Positions 27,184 through 37,342 of a DNA stretch of 39,188 nucleotides are shown here, one piece after another. Within the stretch, counting starts at the first letter, position 1; every line of letters begins with the position of its first letter. Below the pieces are notes generated by a model that did no database searches, had not been told where the DNA came from, and saw nothing but the letters and a program-made list of their open reading frames with translations. Source of the stretch: Spirochaetia bacterium. GTDB lineage: Bacteria > Spirochaetota > Spirochaetia > CADAEX01. The position numbers and the translations under genes were made by a program. Location: the NCBI GenBank assembly GCA_963662265.2, contig CAXXHA010000034.1, positions 1-39,188 on the forward strand, given 5' to 3'.

Positions 27184-29478
27184 CTACCTTACTTCATAGC
27201 TGATACTTCTTGTTTCACTTCCGTCATCTGCTGTAATCAAATGACTTCCCTTTTCCAGCCTGACCATTACAGAAACAGCGTTCTTCTCTCTTCCAATTAC
27301 TCTGCTGTCAAGCCTGAGAATTAATTCTTCATCCCTGCCGCTTACTACGCTGATTTTTATCATCTGGTCTTTACCCGGGAAATAGGGGTCCAGAATAAAG
27401 CTTGCATTGTTTATGGGAGAAAGAATCTCAAGCGACTGATTACTGTCTGAAACAATATCAGAATTAATCCCCCTGTAACTCAGCCACTCACTGTACTGGG
27501 GAGGATAGGAGGAACCGGAAGCTGTATGGAAAGTGCAGGGAGCAGGAATGTTTCCAGGCTTGAATATTTCTGTTTTAACAGAACTGCAGTATTCACCTGC
27601 AAGCATACCTGATATGGCGCATATCTCTTTTTTCACAGTATTGCCGTTTCTCCGGAATTCACCTCCCCCGCCTGAAGCATTGAAAAACTCGATAAGCGCA
27701 TCAGCAGGCAGAGAACTTCCCGGAGCGCCGATTACTGTATCGCCTGAGAAATTACCCATCCAGATACCTCCGGCAAGATCAGGCATAAGGCCGGCTGCCC
27801 ATATGTTGTTGAACTGATTCGATGTCCCTGTCTTAATCATTACTTCGTTATCCGACTTGAACACATTGCTGCTTCCGAAACCTGTAGTCCGGCTTAAGGG
27901 ATCGGTCAGGATATCACGTATTATAAGGGCGGAATCAGGATCAACAATACCTGAAGAGAAGGAACCCCCATAACCTGAAGATACAGATGACTCTTCATGA
28001 CTTATCATACCAATAATATTCCGATCAGCTGTTTCCCTCCCCCTGCTGCTGCCAGTCAGGAAAACAGGCTCCATGATTTTATGGTTATCACTGAAAATAC
28101 AGTAGCTGTTTACAAGTTCAAGAAGGGATACTTCAGCGCCCCCGAGAGCAAGAGAAAGCCCTGCAGAATCCTTTTTCCCGGCCAGTGACTTGAAGCCAAG
28201 CTCGACTAGCCTTTTCCTGAAATTCTCAACCCCAAGCTTTTCAAGTGTATATACAGCAGGCACATTGAGAGATGACCCGAGAGCATCCCTGAGCCTCACC
28301 GGGCCGTTGAAAGTATTATTGAAATTCTGCGGTATATAGACTTCCCCTGTCCCGAACTCGCAGGGTATATCGGGAAGAAGCGTTGAAGGGGTAAATCCCT
28401 TTTCAAGAGCCAGCTCATAGAGAAAAGGCTTCAGAGTGGAACCGGGCTGCCTCAGGGCTGTAACTCCGTCATTCATCCCTTCGCTTTCCAGTGAAAAATA
28501 ATCGGCAGATCCCGCATAAGCCAGAACTTCATGTGTTTCAGGATCTATAATTACCCCACTTCCGTTGCTGATCCTGAATTTACCTGCTTCGGATATACGC
28601 CTTTCAAGAACAGCTTCAAGCCTGCTCTGAAGTTCAAAATCAAGCGTTGTAATTACAGCTTCCCCTGAACAGGCATCCTCAGAGCTGATCATTTTCTCAA
28701 TCCTGTTGCAGAAATGGGGAGCATGGAAGGGCCAGCTGAAATACTTTATATGATTTCCAGCCTCTTCTACAGTTTTTCTTATTTCATCTTCTGTTATACC
28801 AGACCCGCACCTTAATAACAGTTCAGAAGCTGCCGATACAACATTTTCAGGGAATTTAACAGGATCATATACAGACGGGCTTCTCGGGACAACCGCAAGG
28901 ACAAGAGCCTGGGCCTCTGTAAGATATTCAGCACCAATTCCGAAATAAAGCCTGGATGCCGATTGTATCCCCTCAATATTTCTGCCGAACGGAACTGTAT
29001 TTATCCACATCATGAAAACAGATTCCTTGCTGAATCTCATGCTGTATCTTACAGCAGAAAAAGCCTCCCGCATCTTTCCCTTCAGCCCGCCGTTATGGGG
29101 GACAAGCTGCCGGGCAAGCTGCATTGTGATAGTGGATGCCCCTGAGACTGTCTTGCCGCTTGTCAGATTATCAGAAAAAGCCCTTGCAACAGATACAGGG
29201 TCGACACCGGGATGGAAAGAAAACCTCTTATCCTCGCTTCTGATAAAAACCTGTCTCACTTTTTCAGGTATTTTTTCATATTCAATCTTCTCCCTGTGAA
29301 GACCGTTTTCAAGGGGAAGGATTCTGAGTATTTTACCGTCCCTGCTCACAAGAGGGGATGAGAAAGAGCAGTTTTTAAATGCATCAGTATCCTTACCAGG
29401 AGCAATCAGGACTGCGGAAAGCGACAGGAGGAGAAAAGCAGCTGCAACAAGCAGCTGCTTCCTTTGATTATTTTTCAT
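27184..29478 (-). CDS. pbpC: penicillin-binding protein 1C
   Basis: Glycosyltransferase motifs 'SEDKRF..HPGVD' and 'GASTITMQLAR'. Transpeptidase motifs SxxK 'STLK', 'SLN' and 'KTGT'. It overlaps the macroglobulin gene end by 11 bp. Confidence 0.95.
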   Translation of the reverse strand: MKNNQRKQLLVAAAFLLLSLSAVLIAPGKDTDAFKNCSFSSPLVSRDGKILRILPLENGLHREKIEYEKIPEKVRQVFIRSEDKRFSFHPGVDPVSVARAFSDNLTSGKTVSGASTITMQLARQLVPHNGGLKGKMREAFSAVRYSMRFSKESVFMMWINTVPFGRNIEGIQSASRLYFGIGAEYLTEAQALVLAVVPRSPSVYDPVKFPENVVSAASELLLRCGSGITEDEIRKTVEEAGNHIKYFSWPFHAPHFCNRIEKMISSEDACSGEAVITTLDFELQSRLEAVLERRISEAGKFRISNGSGVIIDPETHEVLAYAGSADYFSLESEGMNDGVTALRQPGSTLKPFLYELALEKGFTPSTLLPDIPCEFGTGEVYIPQNFNNTFNGPVRLRDALGSSLNVPAVYTLEKLGVENFRKRLVELGFKSLAGKKDSAGLSLALGGAEVSLLELVNSYCIFSDNHKIMEPVFLTGSSRGRETADRNIIGMISHEESSVSSGYGGSFSSGIVDPDSALIIRDILTDPLSRTTGFGSSNVFKSDNEVMIKTGTSNQFNNIWAAGLMPDLAGGIWMGNFSGDTVIGAPGSSLPADALIEFFNASGGGGEFRRNGNTVKKEICAISGMLAGEYCSSVKTEIFKPGNIPAPCTFHTASGSSYPPQYSEWLSYRGINSDIVSDSNQSLEILSPINNASFILDPYFPGKDQMIKISVVSGRDEELILRLDSRVIGREKNAVSVMVRLEKGSHLITADDGSETRSISYEVR

Positions 29479-32400
29479 CTACAATTTCTATAAGCATACC
29501 GCCTGACCTTCCGAAGACCTCAGGTTCATCAATAACCTCTGCATATGCCGGCGGTGTGGGATAGGTACCGGCAGAAACAGTCCTGAAAAGGAAATCAACT
29601 GTCTGGCTCCCCTTCCTGAATGCGGGGAAGCGGTAGAAAACCCTGCTGTTGTAGACCTGTTTATCAGGTTTGAGAGAATATATACGCATCCCCTCATCTT
29701 CTATAAAAATGTAGCCCTCATCAACATAAGTTTCTGTATCTCCGTACTCAGTCTCATCTGTCCAGCTTCTACTGTCAACTCCCCCGCTTTCAGCATAGCT
29801 TCCTGTTGTAACAAAAGATGAATTAAGTATTTCACACCCTGAAGGGACAGGAATCTGAACCCCCAGGTCATAACGTGTTTTGGAGGAGGAAATTACAAAC
29901 CTCATCCTGTATGTTTCACCGTTTTTAAGAGAACTGCTCTCTATACTGTTTCCCTCAAGGTCCCGTATCTCGGTGAAAAGGCTTATCCCTTCGTCACGGG
30001 GAGATACAATTTCCGAAGGAAGGGCATATGAAAATGAAGCTGAATAGAAAAGCCTCCCCCTGCCTTCAGCACTGAAAGAAAGCGGATAGGGAGTATCTTT
30101 TTCAAGCGAATTGAGAGGTTTTTCATAGAGAGTGAATTTTTCATTTACAACAGAAGATGACAAGCCTTCGAAATTTCCGGAAAAAAGAGTTTCATTTCCT
30201 ATTTTCACTTCTGTACTCATATCAGCAGAAGCACTTTTTTCATTCATTGAATAATCTGCTGCAGCAAGCAGTACAGTAAGTGTATCATAACGGTTATTCC
30301 AGTAGCCGTTCTTCTCAGCCCTGCACAGGGTAGATGCATAAACAGGAAGGATATTATCGCTTCCCTTAATTCTGTGGTAAAGCATGCAGAGAAGAGAGAG
30401 TCTTCTAACAGGAGAATCAAAATACCCCTTTGCCTCATATGTTTCGGAAAAATCCACAGACCTTGTTCCTGTTTTTACGAATTTCCTGCAGTATTCAAGA
30501 ACCTCTTCAGCCTTCCTTCTGTCGCCGCTGTTATAAAGCGAAAGTCCGCAGTACAGGTAGCCTGACATACCCAGTTCATCCCCTTTTTCAAGAAGCCTTT
30601 GAGCATCTTCTCTCATGTCTTTTCCAAACCTGGAAAGGAGAAATGCAATCCTGCACTTGCTGAAAACCGATATATCAGGATCATTCATCTGGTTACCGAG
30701 GTAGGCAACAAGAGCATTTTCCCTCTTTTCGCTCAGGACAGATCTTTCCAGAAGCCTTGCGTATGACTGGTACTCTGCAATTTCAAGGCTGAGATAAAGG
30801 TCTGACCTTGAATAATAATCTTTATACCTGTAATCGTTTATAAAACCGCCGTCTGAAAACTGGTGTTTCTTAAGAAGAGATGCAAAACCGGACAATTCGG
30901 AAGCTGAAAAACTGTTTCCGGGACTCAGTTCTGAAAGTTTTTCCCCGAAAAGCATGTCGGGATACGAAGTATACATATTATCGCATAACGATATCTTCCA
31001 TGGCGAGTTATCCAGATATGAAACAGCATTTCCCGAAGAGGGGAACATCCCTGATGAGAGTGCAAGGCTTATCCCTCCGTACCCGCCGTTAACAGTCGAG
31101 GGAAATATAAACATTTCCTCGTCCGGACTTCCTTCCGCATCTGTGTTTCCTGTAATTGTGAAAGTCTCTTTAACAAGCGGCTTTGTGACTTTAATTTTCT
31201 GCTCAAGAATCTCATTGAAGTTATCAGCCTGCACAAGGAACTGGACAACAGCATCCCCTGTCTTTACAGCTGTAAAATCAAAAGGAACTGCCCTGCTGCT
31301 TCCCGCTTTCAGAAGGACTGCTTTTTTTGATTTTCCCGAGATTTTCAATATGTTGCTTTCGGCGGTAACAAGGATTTTAACATCTTTACCGGTAAGGTTT
31401 GTTAGAACTGCCTTAACCTCGGTCTTATCCCTTACCCTGAGTTCAAGCGGGGAAGCCGCCCTTACAGTTACAGGGTTTCTCACAAAAAGCTCATGCTCCC
31501 TGTAGCCGAAATTTCCGCTTTTTACAACAAAAGCTGTAGATCTGTATGTTGTAAGCGTATCGGGAAAAATGAAATCAGCGTCTGCAAATCCGTTTTCATC
31601 TGTCTTTAGAAAAGGCTTGAAAACAGCAAGGGGTGAAAATTCCTTTCTCCTCTGCATCTTGTCGCTGTCACCCCCAATATGGTCTTCAACCTCGTAAGTC
31701 ACAGGATCAATGAGAAGCGATCTTGAATCGCCCCCGAGAACTGCATGAGGATAGCGGTACGGTGAATAGAAATATTTTACCGGGTCAGGTATATGGTAAT
31801 TGATAAGGTCAAGAACACCCCTGTCTACCGCAAGAAATGTGACTTCCGCATCTTTGACAGGTTTCCCGTTTCTTGTAACCCTTACCCTGACCCTGCTTTC
31901 AGATCCCGGTTTATATATATCTTTATCAGGTATTATTTCAACCTCGAATTCTTTCGATTCTGTCGATATCCTGATCGGTGTAATGCCGAAATAACCTCTG
32001 GGTTTCCCGATATCCTCGTCATAATAGGAACGGGGAGTCTCTTTCCTTTCTGAATTTGAACAGAGAGCAATATAAACGACAGGTACCCAGCTTTCGCTTA
32101 CAGGTATTTCAAGAAGCCCTGCAGATCCCTTGATATCGATGAGTTTTTCCTCTAGAAGCCCTTCCCTCTCAATAGTCATAAGGTATTTACCGTCATTAAG
32201 CGGTGTTTTTACAAGTATTTTCGCAGTTTCCCCCGGCCTGTATTCATCCTTGTCAGGAATAAGCTCTATATTTTCAGGAGACCTCAGGCCCCAGTTGACC
32301 CAGCTCCCCCCTGTCACGTAAAAATCCAGTTCAGTTATTACAGCTCTTTCCTTCATATCGACTGAAGTAAGACGGAGCTTGTAACTGCCGCAGTTCTCAG

Positions 32401-35400
32401 GAAGGAATTCAGCCTCAGATATGCCGTTTTTCATATCTATTGTTACAGTTTTTTCGACACTCTCAACCATTTCCCAGTTATAGTTCATCCTGCCGTAGAC
32501 ACCTCTCTGGGTGGAACTTTTCCATTCCTTTCTGATAAGCTCAGCCTTTACCTGAACATCTTTAACATAAAGCTCCTCTTCAGGTGTGATGCTGTTGATA
32601 TCAAACAGGACAGGATCCCCCTTGCTGACAAAGGTGCTCCACCAGGATGAATCGGATTTTGACTTGATCTTTGCCCCTATATAGAATTCTGAAGGATGTA
32701 CTGTAACATTTCTTGCAGCGGCAAGTTCCTGGTTACTCAGGTCCTGCACGCTTATTTCTGCCGTATACCTGTAGGTCAGACCTTCACCATGGTCGCTTCC
32801 TGTTTTCTGTACAAGCTCAGCCTTCCCGCTGCCTGAAAGTTTCCCCCTCTTTGACCCGAGAGTTCTGAGGTAATCGCTCCTGTCAGGTCCGTAAACATAA
32901 TTTTTGAGTTCTCTGCCTGAGGGGGAATAGCTGATACTGCTTCTTCTCCAGCTGCTTCTGTAGGGAGCATCCGACATGTTCCCCCCCGAAAGGAATGATG
33001 CCTCCGCTTCCAGCGATATGCTGTCGCCTGCATAGTAGGTCATTTCTGACGGGGAAATATCAACCTGGAATTCCGCCCTCTTGAATTCAGCAACCCTGAA
33101 ATATATGCTCCTGTCTGCATATCTTTTCCTGTTTTCAAGGCTGCTGTTGAAAAACATTATCCTGTATTCCCCCACAGGAGTATTTTCCGGTATTTTAAAT
33201 TCCCCGGAAAAGCCCCCCTCTTCAGTAAGGGTAAAATCTCCTGCATAAATATTTTTTGACCTGTTGTCGAGTTCAGGAACAGTTATGCACTTTGTCCCTG
33301 TATCAGGAGACCATTCGCCTGTGGATCTCTTCTGCACAATCCCCCTGAAAGTTACTGTTTCCCCCGGTTTATACAGGCCCCTGTCTGTAAAAAGCATCGC
33401 ATGCTGCACAGGCTTTGTAACACTCCACGGCTCATTCATGCCGTAAATATTCCACCGGTACCTGTTATGACCGTAACCTGGCTGAAAATAGAGTGTATCA
33501 TCCCCTTTTGTTATTTTTACGATCATCCCCTCTTTATAATAGGATGGCTTGTTTCTGTCCCATTTTGTCCTTACAGGTGAAAAACTGTCTTTTTCATATT
33601 CTATTACCGACAGCCCGCTGCTGTCTGTCACACCTGAAGCAACAAGTCCTCTTTTTCCGTCAATAAGTTCCACTGTTGCATCTGCAACAGGGCTGCCTGA
33701 AGAGAGCGAGTTGACCCAGACAGCAGCCTTGTCATAACCGTACCTGACAGTGGCACCGAGATCAGAAACCTGGAGAATGAGTTTGTTGTACCTGTACCTG
33801 GTTTCATAGTCCTCTGTACCGTATTTCTTTCTTTTTACCCCCATCTTCCACCTGAGGCCTACAGTTCCGAAACCGGAGTCATTGAGATAATCCTTCAAAT
33901 CGACAGTCCTGAAATACTTCCTGTTTTTCTGCATGTATGAAGTATCAAATGTCCTGTATTCATAAGGATAGCTGTAACCGGTCCAGTCATCCACCTTGCC
34001 GATATTCCAGTAGCTGTCCTCGAGGTTCTGGAATTCAAAAATCATTTTAGGATCAAACTGTGCTTCCAGTGTCTTGAATCCAGAATCCCTGAAATAAGCA
34101 TAGGATGCAGCATCAGGAACTTCAATCTCTTCGAAATAGTTACGGGTAAGTTCTCTTCCGTAAATATCAGTAAGCCCCTTCCTGACTGTCACTGTATATT
34201 TAGAATTATATTCAACCGGGAGATTGTTTATTTTAACAATATTGTCGAATATCTCTATATTGTCTTCTGAAATAACTGTATCAAGTGTTGTTTCAATAAA
34301 TTCCAGAATCCTGCCTGCATCAGGTGAGACAGGATGGGTAAATGTAAGGTACACAGGATTGGAATCAGGCTTCTGGCTTCGGGGAAAACTGTAGCTGTAG
34401 TTGTCTGAATACCTGAAACGGAAAGGTTTTATAGTATGAAGGTTTCTGCTTGAATCATCAGATCTTCCGAGTGAATCTTCATATGACTTTGCCCCTTTTT
34501 TAAGACTTACAACAATATCTGTATCTTCAGGAAAATCCTCGCTGAAACTGAGTACAGCAGTTCTTTCATAGAGGTTTTCATCTTCCAGAAGGTATTCACT
34601 CCTTGATATTCCGAAAGGAACAGCATTGAGAGGAGATTTTGAAGTTACAACTTCTATATAGTCTTTTATCACATCAATATCGAAAGGATAGGACAGCTGT
34701 ACTGTTATCTTCCTGGCATCAGGCAGGGGAATATCCCTGATATTTATATATTCAGAATTATCAGGGGTCGAAGGGTATACAGATGTAAAATCGATGTATT
34801 CAGTATAAAAGCTGAATTCAATACCTTCCCTGAGGCTGGCCCCTGTTACTGATTTTGTATCAGCAGAAACAGACACAGTATATTCCTTCTGGGGTAGCAG
34901 TTTCCCGTCAGGTTCAAAGCTCAGTGTTCTTGACCCGTACCACCTGTATTTTCCCTGAACCGGAGGATCTATTTTCATTACAGGGGATTCAGCAAGAGTT
35001 TTTCCCAGCCTGGAAAGGGGGACAACCGGATCTGAAAAAACAACTGAAATCACCGGTTTTTTACTCATTTCATTCGGAAGCATTCCGGATGGTGAAAAAT
35101 CGGCGACATGAAAATCCCCACCCTCTCCTTGAGAAGATACAAATCCGCTCAGGTCAAAATCATCGGGATTGAAGTAATTCACATTTATTGATGATAAATC
35201 ATCATCAGCTTTTACAATTTCTTCAGGAGCAATTATATCTTTAATATCCGGAAGATTCGTAAATTCGCTTACATCTATTTCATTTTCATCTTCGAGAAAA
35301 TCCGGATTTATTTTATTTTCACTGTTTTTTTCAGATTGGAAACAGCCTGTGGAAAGAAAAAAAATTACAGCAGTAATAAATACATATTTGATCAGTCTTT

Positions 35401-35404
35401 TCAT
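29468..35404 (-). CDS. bacterial alpha-2-macroglobulin family lipoprotein (YfhM-like layout)
   Basis: About 1980 aa with lipobox 'LSTGC', MG motifs 'FTDRGLYKPGETV', 'DKDEYRPGETA', 'AVDRGVL', 'PDTLTTY' and the C-terminal 'PPAYAE...PEVFGRS'. It is paired with pbpC. An alternative ATG lies at 35416. Confidence 0.95.
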   Translation of the reverse strand: MKRLIKYVFITAVIFFLSTGCFQSEKNSENKINPDFLEDENEIDVSEFTNLPDIKDIIAPEEIVKADDDLSSINVNYFNPDDFDLSGFVSSQGEGGDFHVADFSPSGMLPNEMSKKPVISVVFSDPVVPLSRLGKTLAESPVMKIDPPVQGKYRWYGSRTLSFEPDGKLLPQKEYTVSVSADTKSVTGASLREGIEFSFYTEYIDFTSVYPSTPDNSEYINIRDIPLPDARKITVQLSYPFDIDVIKDYIEVVTSKSPLNAVPFGISRSEYLLEDENLYERTAVLSFSEDFPEDTDIVVSLKKGAKSYEDSLGRSDDSSRNLHTIKPFRFRYSDNYSYSFPRSQKPDSNPVYLTFTHPVSPDAGRILEFIETTLDTVISEDNIEIFDNIVKINNLPVEYNSKYTVTVRKGLTDIYGRELTRNYFEEIEVPDAASYAYFRDSGFKTLEAQFDPKMIFEFQNLEDSYWNIGKVDDWTGYSYPYEYRTFDTSYMQKNRKYFRTVDLKDYLNDSGFGTVGLRWKMGVKRKKYGTEDYETRYRYNKLILQVSDLGATVRYGYDKAAVWVNSLSSGSPVADATVELIDGKRGLVASGVTDSSGLSVIEYEKDSFSPVRTKWDRNKPSYYKEGMIVKITKGDDTLYFQPGYGHNRYRWNIYGMNEPWSVTKPVQHAMLFTDRGLYKPGETVTFRGIVQKRSTGEWSPDTGTKCITVPELDNRSKNIYAGDFTLTEEGGFSGEFKIPENTPVGEYRIMFFNSSLENRKRYADRSIYFRVAEFKRAEFQVDISPSEMTYYAGDSISLEAEASFLSGGNMSDAPYRSSWRRSSISYSPSGRELKNYVYGPDRSDYLRTLGSKRGKLSGSGKAELVQKTGSDHGEGLTYRYTAEISVQDLSNQELAAARNVTVHPSEFYIGAKIKSKSDSSWWSTFVSKGDPVLFDINSITPEEELYVKDVQVKAELIRKEWKSSTQRGVYGRMNYNWEMVESVEKTVTIDMKNGISEAEFLPENCGSYKLRLTSVDMKERAVITELDFYVTGGSWVNWGLRSPENIELIPDKDEYRPGETAKILVKTPLNDGKYLMTIEREGLLEEKLIDIKGSAGLLEIPVSESWVPVVYIALCSNSERKETPRSYYDEDIGKPRGYFGITPIRISTESKEFEVEIIPDKDIYKPGSESRVRVRVTRNGKPVKDAEVTFLAVDRGVLDLINYHIPDPVKYFYSPYRYPHAVLGGDSRSLLIDPVTYEVEDHIGGDSDKMQRRKEFSPLAVFKPFLKTDENGFADADFIFPDTLTTYRSTAFVVKSGNFGYREHELFVRNPVTVRAASPLELRVRDKTEVKAVLTNLTGKDVKILVTAESNILKISGKSKKAVLLKAGSSRAVPFDFTAVKTGDAVVQFLVQADNFNEILEQKIKVTKPLVKETFTITGNTDAEGSPDEEMFIFPSTVNGGYGGISLALSSGMFPSSGNAVSYLDNSPWKISLCDNMYTSYPDMLFGEKLSELSPGNSFSASELSGFASLLKKHQFSDGGFINDYRYKDYYSRSDLYLSLEIAEYQSYARLLERSVLSEKRENALVAYLGNQMNDPDISVFSKCRIAFLLSRFGKDMREDAQRLLEKGDELGMSGYLYCGLSLYNSGDRRKAEEVLEYCRKFVKTGTRSVDFSETYEAKGYFDSPVRRLSLLCMLYHRIKGSDNILPVYASTLCRAEKNGYWNNRYDTLTVLLAAADYSMNEKSASADMSTEVKIGNETLFSGNFEGLSSSVVNEKFTLYEKPLNSLEKDTPYPLSFSAEGRGRLFYSASFSYALPSEIVSPRDEGISLFTEIRDLEGNSIESSSLKNGETYRMRFVISSSKTRYDLGVQIPVPSGCEILNSSFVTTGSYAESGGVDSRSWTDETEYGDTETYVDEGYIFIEDEGMRIYSLKPDKQVYNSRVFYRFPAFRKGSQTVDFLFRTVSAGTYPTPPAYAEVIDEPEVFGRSGGMLIEIVDEK

Positions 35405-35665
35405 TATATACCCCATTTTTTTTAATATTTAAAGTATACAGTTTTATAATTTTCTTAGTCTACATCATGCAGGGAAATTTGAAGAATTGATTATTTGTTT
35501 TTCCAGTTTTTATGTTTTTCAATTTTAATGCTTACAGCATCTACTGTGCAAATCAGACAATACTGCTGAATGCAGAAATCAGATATGATGCACATAACTC
35601 GATATGCCGGGCATGGAGATTTTTTCAGGCTTAAGGAGAAGACAGAGCTTTCCGGACAGTCAAAG

Positions 35666-35693
35666 AAAAACCCCGGAAATTAAATTTCCGGGG
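35666..35693 (-). terminator. rho-independent terminator of fbaA
   Basis: Near-perfect palindrome CCCCGGAAATT-A-AATTTCCGGGG with T5 on the minus strand. Confidence 0.88.
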
Positions 35694-35750
35694 CTTATAT
35701 GTTTAATTATTTAAAACTGTTTAAATATAAAGCAGAGCTGATATTTTATA

Positions 35751-36827
35751 TTAGTTTCTGCCTACACAGTTGAGGTCTGCAAATGCTTTTTCAACTCTTG
35801 CAACCATGCTTTCCTGAGCTTTTCTGAGCCAAACTCTGGGGTCATAGTTTTTCTTGTTAGGTGCATCAGGACCTGAAGGGTTGCCAAGCTGTCCCTGGAG
35901 GTAGTCTTTCTTTTCATTGTAGTAGTTGAGAACACCTTCCCATGATGCCCACTGAGTATCTGTATCGATATTCATTTTAACAACACCGTAGCTGATAGCT
36001 TCCCTGATTTCTTCCTGTGAAGAACCTGATCCGCCGTGGAATACAAAAGTTACAGGATGATCTTCTGAAAGACCATGCTTTTCAATTATATATTTCTGTG
36101 AATTGCCGAGAATTGCAGGTGTGAGTTTTACATTTCCCGGTTTGTAAACACCGTGAACATTACCGAAAGCTGCAGCAATTGTGAAGTTTGGACTTACCTT
36201 GCTGAGTTCTGTATATGCATAATCAATTTCTTCAGGTTTTGAATATAGATCTTCAGGAGCTGCATCTGAATTATCTACACCATCTTCCTCGCCGCCAGTT
36301 ATACCGAGTTCGATTTCGAGAAACATTCCCATCTTACTCATTCTTTCGAGATATTTTTTGCTGATTTCAATATTCTCTTCGATTGGCTCTTCTGAAAGGT
36401 CAAGCATGTGTGAAGAAAAAAGCGGTTTGCCGTTCTTTTTAAAGTATTCCTCACCAGCATCAAGAAGTCCGTCAACCCATGGCATAAGTTTTTTTGCACA
36501 GTGGTCTGTATGAAGTACTACAGGAACACCGTATTTTTCTGCCATAAGGTGAACATGCATAGCACCTGAAATAGAACCGAGAACAGCCCTGTCCTGTCCT
36601 TCCGCTGCAAGTCCTTTACCAGCATAAAACTGGCCGCCGCCGTTTGAAAACTGAATCATTACAGGTGATTTAACTCTTGCTGCTGCTTCAAGAACTGCAT
36701 TCACAGAATCGCTTCCAACACAGTTAACTGCAGGAAGTGCAAATCCTTCTTTTTTACAGATATCAAAGAGTGTTTTGAGATCTTCGCCGTAAACAACACC
36801 GGGTTTGATTTTGTCTAATACTCCCAT
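35751..36827 (-). CDS. fbaA: class II fructose-bisphosphate aldolase (type A)
   Basis: 'FALPAVN', 'LHTDHC', 'SSHMLDLSEE', 'EIELGITGGEEDG', 'FGNVHGVYK' and 'FHGGSGS'. Confidence 0.98.
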   Translation of the reverse strand: MGVLDKIKPGVVYGEDLKTLFDICKKEGFALPAVNCVGSDSVNAVLEAAARVKSPVMIQFSNGGGQFYAGKGLAAEGQDRAVLGSISGAMHVHLMAEKYGVPVVLHTDHCAKKLMPWVDGLLDAGEEYFKKNGKPLFSSHMLDLSEEPIEENIEISKKYLERMSKMGMFLEIELGITGGEEDGVDNSDAAPEDLYSKPEEIDYAYTELSKVSPNFTIAAAFGNVHGVYKPGNVKLTPAILGNSQKYIIEKHGLSEDHPVTFVFHGGSGSSQEEIREAISYGVVKMNIDTDTQWASWEGVLNYYNEKKDYLQGQLGNPSGPDAPNKKNYDPRVWLRKAQESMVARVEKAFADLNCVGRN

Positions 36828-36864
36828 TTCCTCATCCTTTTTTTATTTTAATTTTCACCCCATT

Positions 36865-36893
36865 AGCATAAATATTTTGGGGGATTATGACAA
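36865..36893 (-). promoter_or_regulatory. probable fbaA promoter
   Basis: Minus-strand TTGTCA-N17-TATGCT about 38 bp upstream of the ATG. Confidence 0.5.
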
Positions 36894-37342
36894 ACCTATT
36901 TTACAGGATTTGACAAGATTTTTAAAATTTCTTTGTCTGATTTTCATATATTATGGCAAAAAAATCAACTAAAACCTGTATAAAATCTGTAATTTTTATT
37001 GTCATATATTAAGATTTTAAGCATTTTCAGACATTTATTGATAATATTTCCAGTTATAAGACAGGCTGAATCAAAAACCGGGTTTTATACTGAAGAAGTG
37101 AACAGATAAAGAGGGAATTTACTTCAATCCATAAAACTCCGTATCTGCGGTTTTTTTCAGGGAGGTATGCAGTGCGGGAAATCACCTCCTGAGGAAGGAA
37201 AGGATGCAGAAAAAAAATTTCATTTAATCAGGAATTATAATTATAAAGGAATACACAGCCTTGATTCCAATTAAACCAGACAAAAATAAAACACAGATCT
37301 TTAAAAAAAGTTTTATGTATCAAAATTATGATTTACAGCAGC

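Noticed and set aside
27184-35416. Numerous antisense and overlapping short ORFs within pbpC and the macroglobulin gene (and similarly inside other genes)
   Set aside because: They are shadow ORFs of well-supported genes, with no motifs of their own.
37168-37275. 35-codon ORF (MQCGKSPPEE...) behind GGAGGT, a possible type I toxin
   Set aside because: SD-to-ATG spacing is zero and the peptide is hydrophilic, unlike type I toxins.
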